DNA of 64,000 bases, taken from Nitrosopumilus sp. Its GTDB lineage: Archaea > Thermoproteota > Nitrososphaeria > Nitrososphaerales > Nitrosopumilaceae. Below, in pieces: positions 62,094 through 64,000 of this stretch. The notes below the pieces were generated by a model. It was not told where the DNA came from. It did not search any database and worked only from the letters and a program-made list of their open reading frames with translations. The stretch is taken from NCBI GenBank assembly GCA_963667665.2, contig OY763927.2, positions 1,440,001-1,504,000 of the forward strand, written 5' to 3'. The translations under genes were made by a program, and so were the position numbers. Numbering within the stretch: the stretch's first letter is position 1; every line of letters starts with the position of its first letter.

Positions 62094-63016
62094 TGACCTT
62101 AAAAATTACTGTAAAGGCACCATCATCTACTGCAAACCTAGGTCCAGGATTTGATGTATTTGGATTAGCAATAGATGCATTTCATGACGAGGTAACACTA
62201 ACCAAAACAAAAAGTGGAATAACAATAATTACAGATGATAGCATTCCAATGAATCCTGAAAACAACACTGCAGGATTGGTTGTAAAAAATATGAAAAAAA
62301 AATTAAAAATTAAAAATGGTGTTGAAATTAAAATCAAAAAAGGAGTTCCTACAGGATTTGGAATGGGAAGTAGTGCAGCATCAGCTGCTGCAGCTGCTGT
62401 AGCATTTGATAAACTCTTTGGACTAAAGCTTGATGGAAATACATTAGTAGAATTTGCAGGTTCAGGAGAAAAAGCTAGTGCAGGCTCAGTTCATTATGAT
62501 AATGTTGCTGCTTCTGTTTTGGGAGGATTTGTGATTGTAAAGACAAATCCTTTAGATGTAATTAGAATAGAACCTCCAAAAAATCTTAGAATGTGTATTG
62601 CAATTCCAGATATTGCCGTTCCAAAAAAGAAGACAAAAGTATCAAGAGGAGTAATTCCTAAAAAAATTAAGTTTACTGATAGTGTTTTGAATCTATCAAA
62701 CGCATCAGCAATTATTGCAGGGTTTATGAAAAGAGATCCAGAATTGATTGGAAATTCAATTAAAGATGTGATTGTTGAACCTGCAAGACAGCATATGATA
62801 CCAGGATTTACTAAAGTCAAGCAAAATGCCCTAAAAGCTGGAGCATTTGGCGTTACAATAAGTGGAGCAGGACCTTCAGTAATTGCATTTTCAAAAAGTT
62901 CTGCTAATTTAAAAAAGATCAGTTTAGCTATGACAAAAGGATTTGCATCTAAAAAAATAAAATGTAAAATAATAATCTGTAAACCTAGTAAAGGTGCTGC
63001 AGATAAGAGAAAATAA
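62093..63016 (+). CDS. thrB: Homoserine kinase
   Basis: PSSTANLGPGFD, GMGSSAAS, HYDNVA, ISGAGPS. Confidence 0.95.
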   Translation: MTLKITVKAPSSTANLGPGFDVFGLAIDAFHDEVTLTKTKSGITIITDDSIPMNPENNTAGLVVKNMKKKLKIKNGVEIKIKKGVPTGFGMGSSAASAAAAAVAFDKLFGLKLDGNTLVEFAGSGEKASAGSVHYDNVAASVLGGFVIVKTNPLDVIRIEPPKNLRMCIAIPDIAVPKKKTKVSRGVIPKKIKFTDSVLNLSNASAIIAGFMKRDPELIGNSIKDVIVEPARQHMIPGFTKVKQNALKAGAFGVTISGAGPSVIAFSKSSANLKKISLAMTKGFASKKIKCKIIICKPSKGAADKRK

Positions 63017-63031
63017 TTTCAGGTAGATTTT

Positions 63032-63706
63032 ATGAAAAAAGCAGTCATTGTATTTAGCGGTGGAGTTGACTCTGTTTGTGCAGTTTCATTTTTGAAATCA
63101 AGATATGAGTTGTATGGAATTACGTTTTCATATGGACAAAAGGCAAACAGTGAAATTTTAGCTGCAAAATCTTTTGCAAAAAAACTTGGGTTAAAGGAGC
63201 ATAAAGTAATCGATATTGGTTTTATGAAAGACTTGTATGGTGATTCTAACGTTTTAACAAGCACAAAAAGAAAGATTCCTAGTAAATTTGAGTACTCAAT
63301 TGTAGTTCCAATTAGAAATGCAGTATTTCTATCAATTGCATCAGCATGGGCTTTTACAATAAATGCATCATTGGTAGTATACGGTGCTCATACTGGAGAT
63401 AAACATTATCCTGATTGTAGACCAACTTTTGCAAAAAAACTTGAAGCTGCATTTAATCAAGGAGAGATTGATGGAATAAATTCAGGATTACGAAAAAGCA
63501 TTGAGATTTGGTCTCCTTATCGTGAAGGATTATCAAAAAAAGATCTACTAAAAGCTGGAATGAAAGTTTTGGGTGATTCTATCTTTAAAACATGGAGTTG
63601 TTATTCAAATAAAAAATATCATTGTGGAGTTTGTGAATCTTGTAATAACAGAAAAATTGCATTTCAGAAAGCTGGTATTACAGATAAAACAAAATATCTT
63701 AAATAA
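63032..63706 (+). CDS. queC: 7-cyano-7-deazaguanine synthase
   Basis: SGGVDS, YGQ, VP.RN, YPDCR, TWSCY..HCGVCESC. Confidence 0.95.
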   Translation: MKKAVIVFSGGVDSVCAVSFLKSRYELYGITFSYGQKANSEILAAKSFAKKLGLKEHKVIDIGFMKDLYGDSNVLTSTKRKIPSKFEYSIVVPIRNAVFLSIASAWAFTINASLVVYGAHTGDKHYPDCRPTFAKKLEAAFNQGEIDGINSGLRKSIEIWSPYREGLSKKDLLKAGMKVLGDSIFKTWSCYSNKKYHCGVCESCNNRKIAFQKAGITDKTKYLK

Positions 63707-63708
63707 TT

Positions 63709-63960
63709 CTAGAAACGATTACGAAGAATTTTCTTTTTTAGAATAAAACCTCTAATTCCAACATACCAAACCAGGAAGAATGATCCAAAAATTCCTGTGA
63801 TCACATAGTTATGTATGTCTACTGGAAGTTCTCCAAAAGAGTCAGTAATTTTAACTGCTGCTAGAAAAGAGAGTACAATAAGAAGTACACATTCTACCGC
63901 ATACCAAATCCAATGAGGGAATGATTCCTTCGGAATGTGGATATTATCATGATTTACCAT
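63709..63960 (-). CDS. Small two-TM membrane protein
   Basis: 83 aa, two hydrophobic helices, basic tail. Confidence 0.65.
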   Translation of the reverse strand: MVNHDNIHIPKESFPHWIWYAVECVLLIVLSFLAAVKITDSFGELPVDIHNYVITGIFGSFFLVWYVGIRGFILKKKILRNRF

Positions 63961-64000
63961 TAACTGTAATCAAAATCGTTGATTATTTAATTTTTGTATA

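Overview
AT-rich archaeal chromosome segment, most consistent with a Nitrosopumilus-like ammonia-oxidising thaumarchaeon (aIF2 alpha/gamma, S6e, Nop10, PriS/PriL, AglB, ESCRT-III CdvB, cobalamin genes, AcnX-type mevalonate enzyme). Most of it is housekeeping, with one tRNA-Gly(CCC). Three parts stand out. (1) An ~11.2 kb integrated element (48892-60109) is bounded by a perfect 12-bp direct repeat that overlaps the stop codon of a flippase-like gene. It carries a tyrosine integrase, a P-loop replication-type module, an intact plus a degenerate PyrE-like PRTase pair, a truncated IS630, and a decaying type I R-M operon lacking hsdM that is coupled to a HEPN-motif gene (one internal stop), a Cys/His microprotein and a PIN-like gene. 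(2) A group of secreted/surface genes includes a ~3250-codon LamG/C1q/repeat protein, a BNR-repeat protein, a PEF-CTERM-like protein, an acidic tandem-repeat protein and a protein resembling phage fibre subunits; three of these carry in-frame TAG stops or a frameshift. (3) Smaller oddities are a glutamate racemase homologue with both catalytic Cys replaced by Ser, a GC-rich intergenic hairpin RNA candidate, and several microproteins missed by the ORF track. All calls come from reading motifs by eye; no database searches were run.
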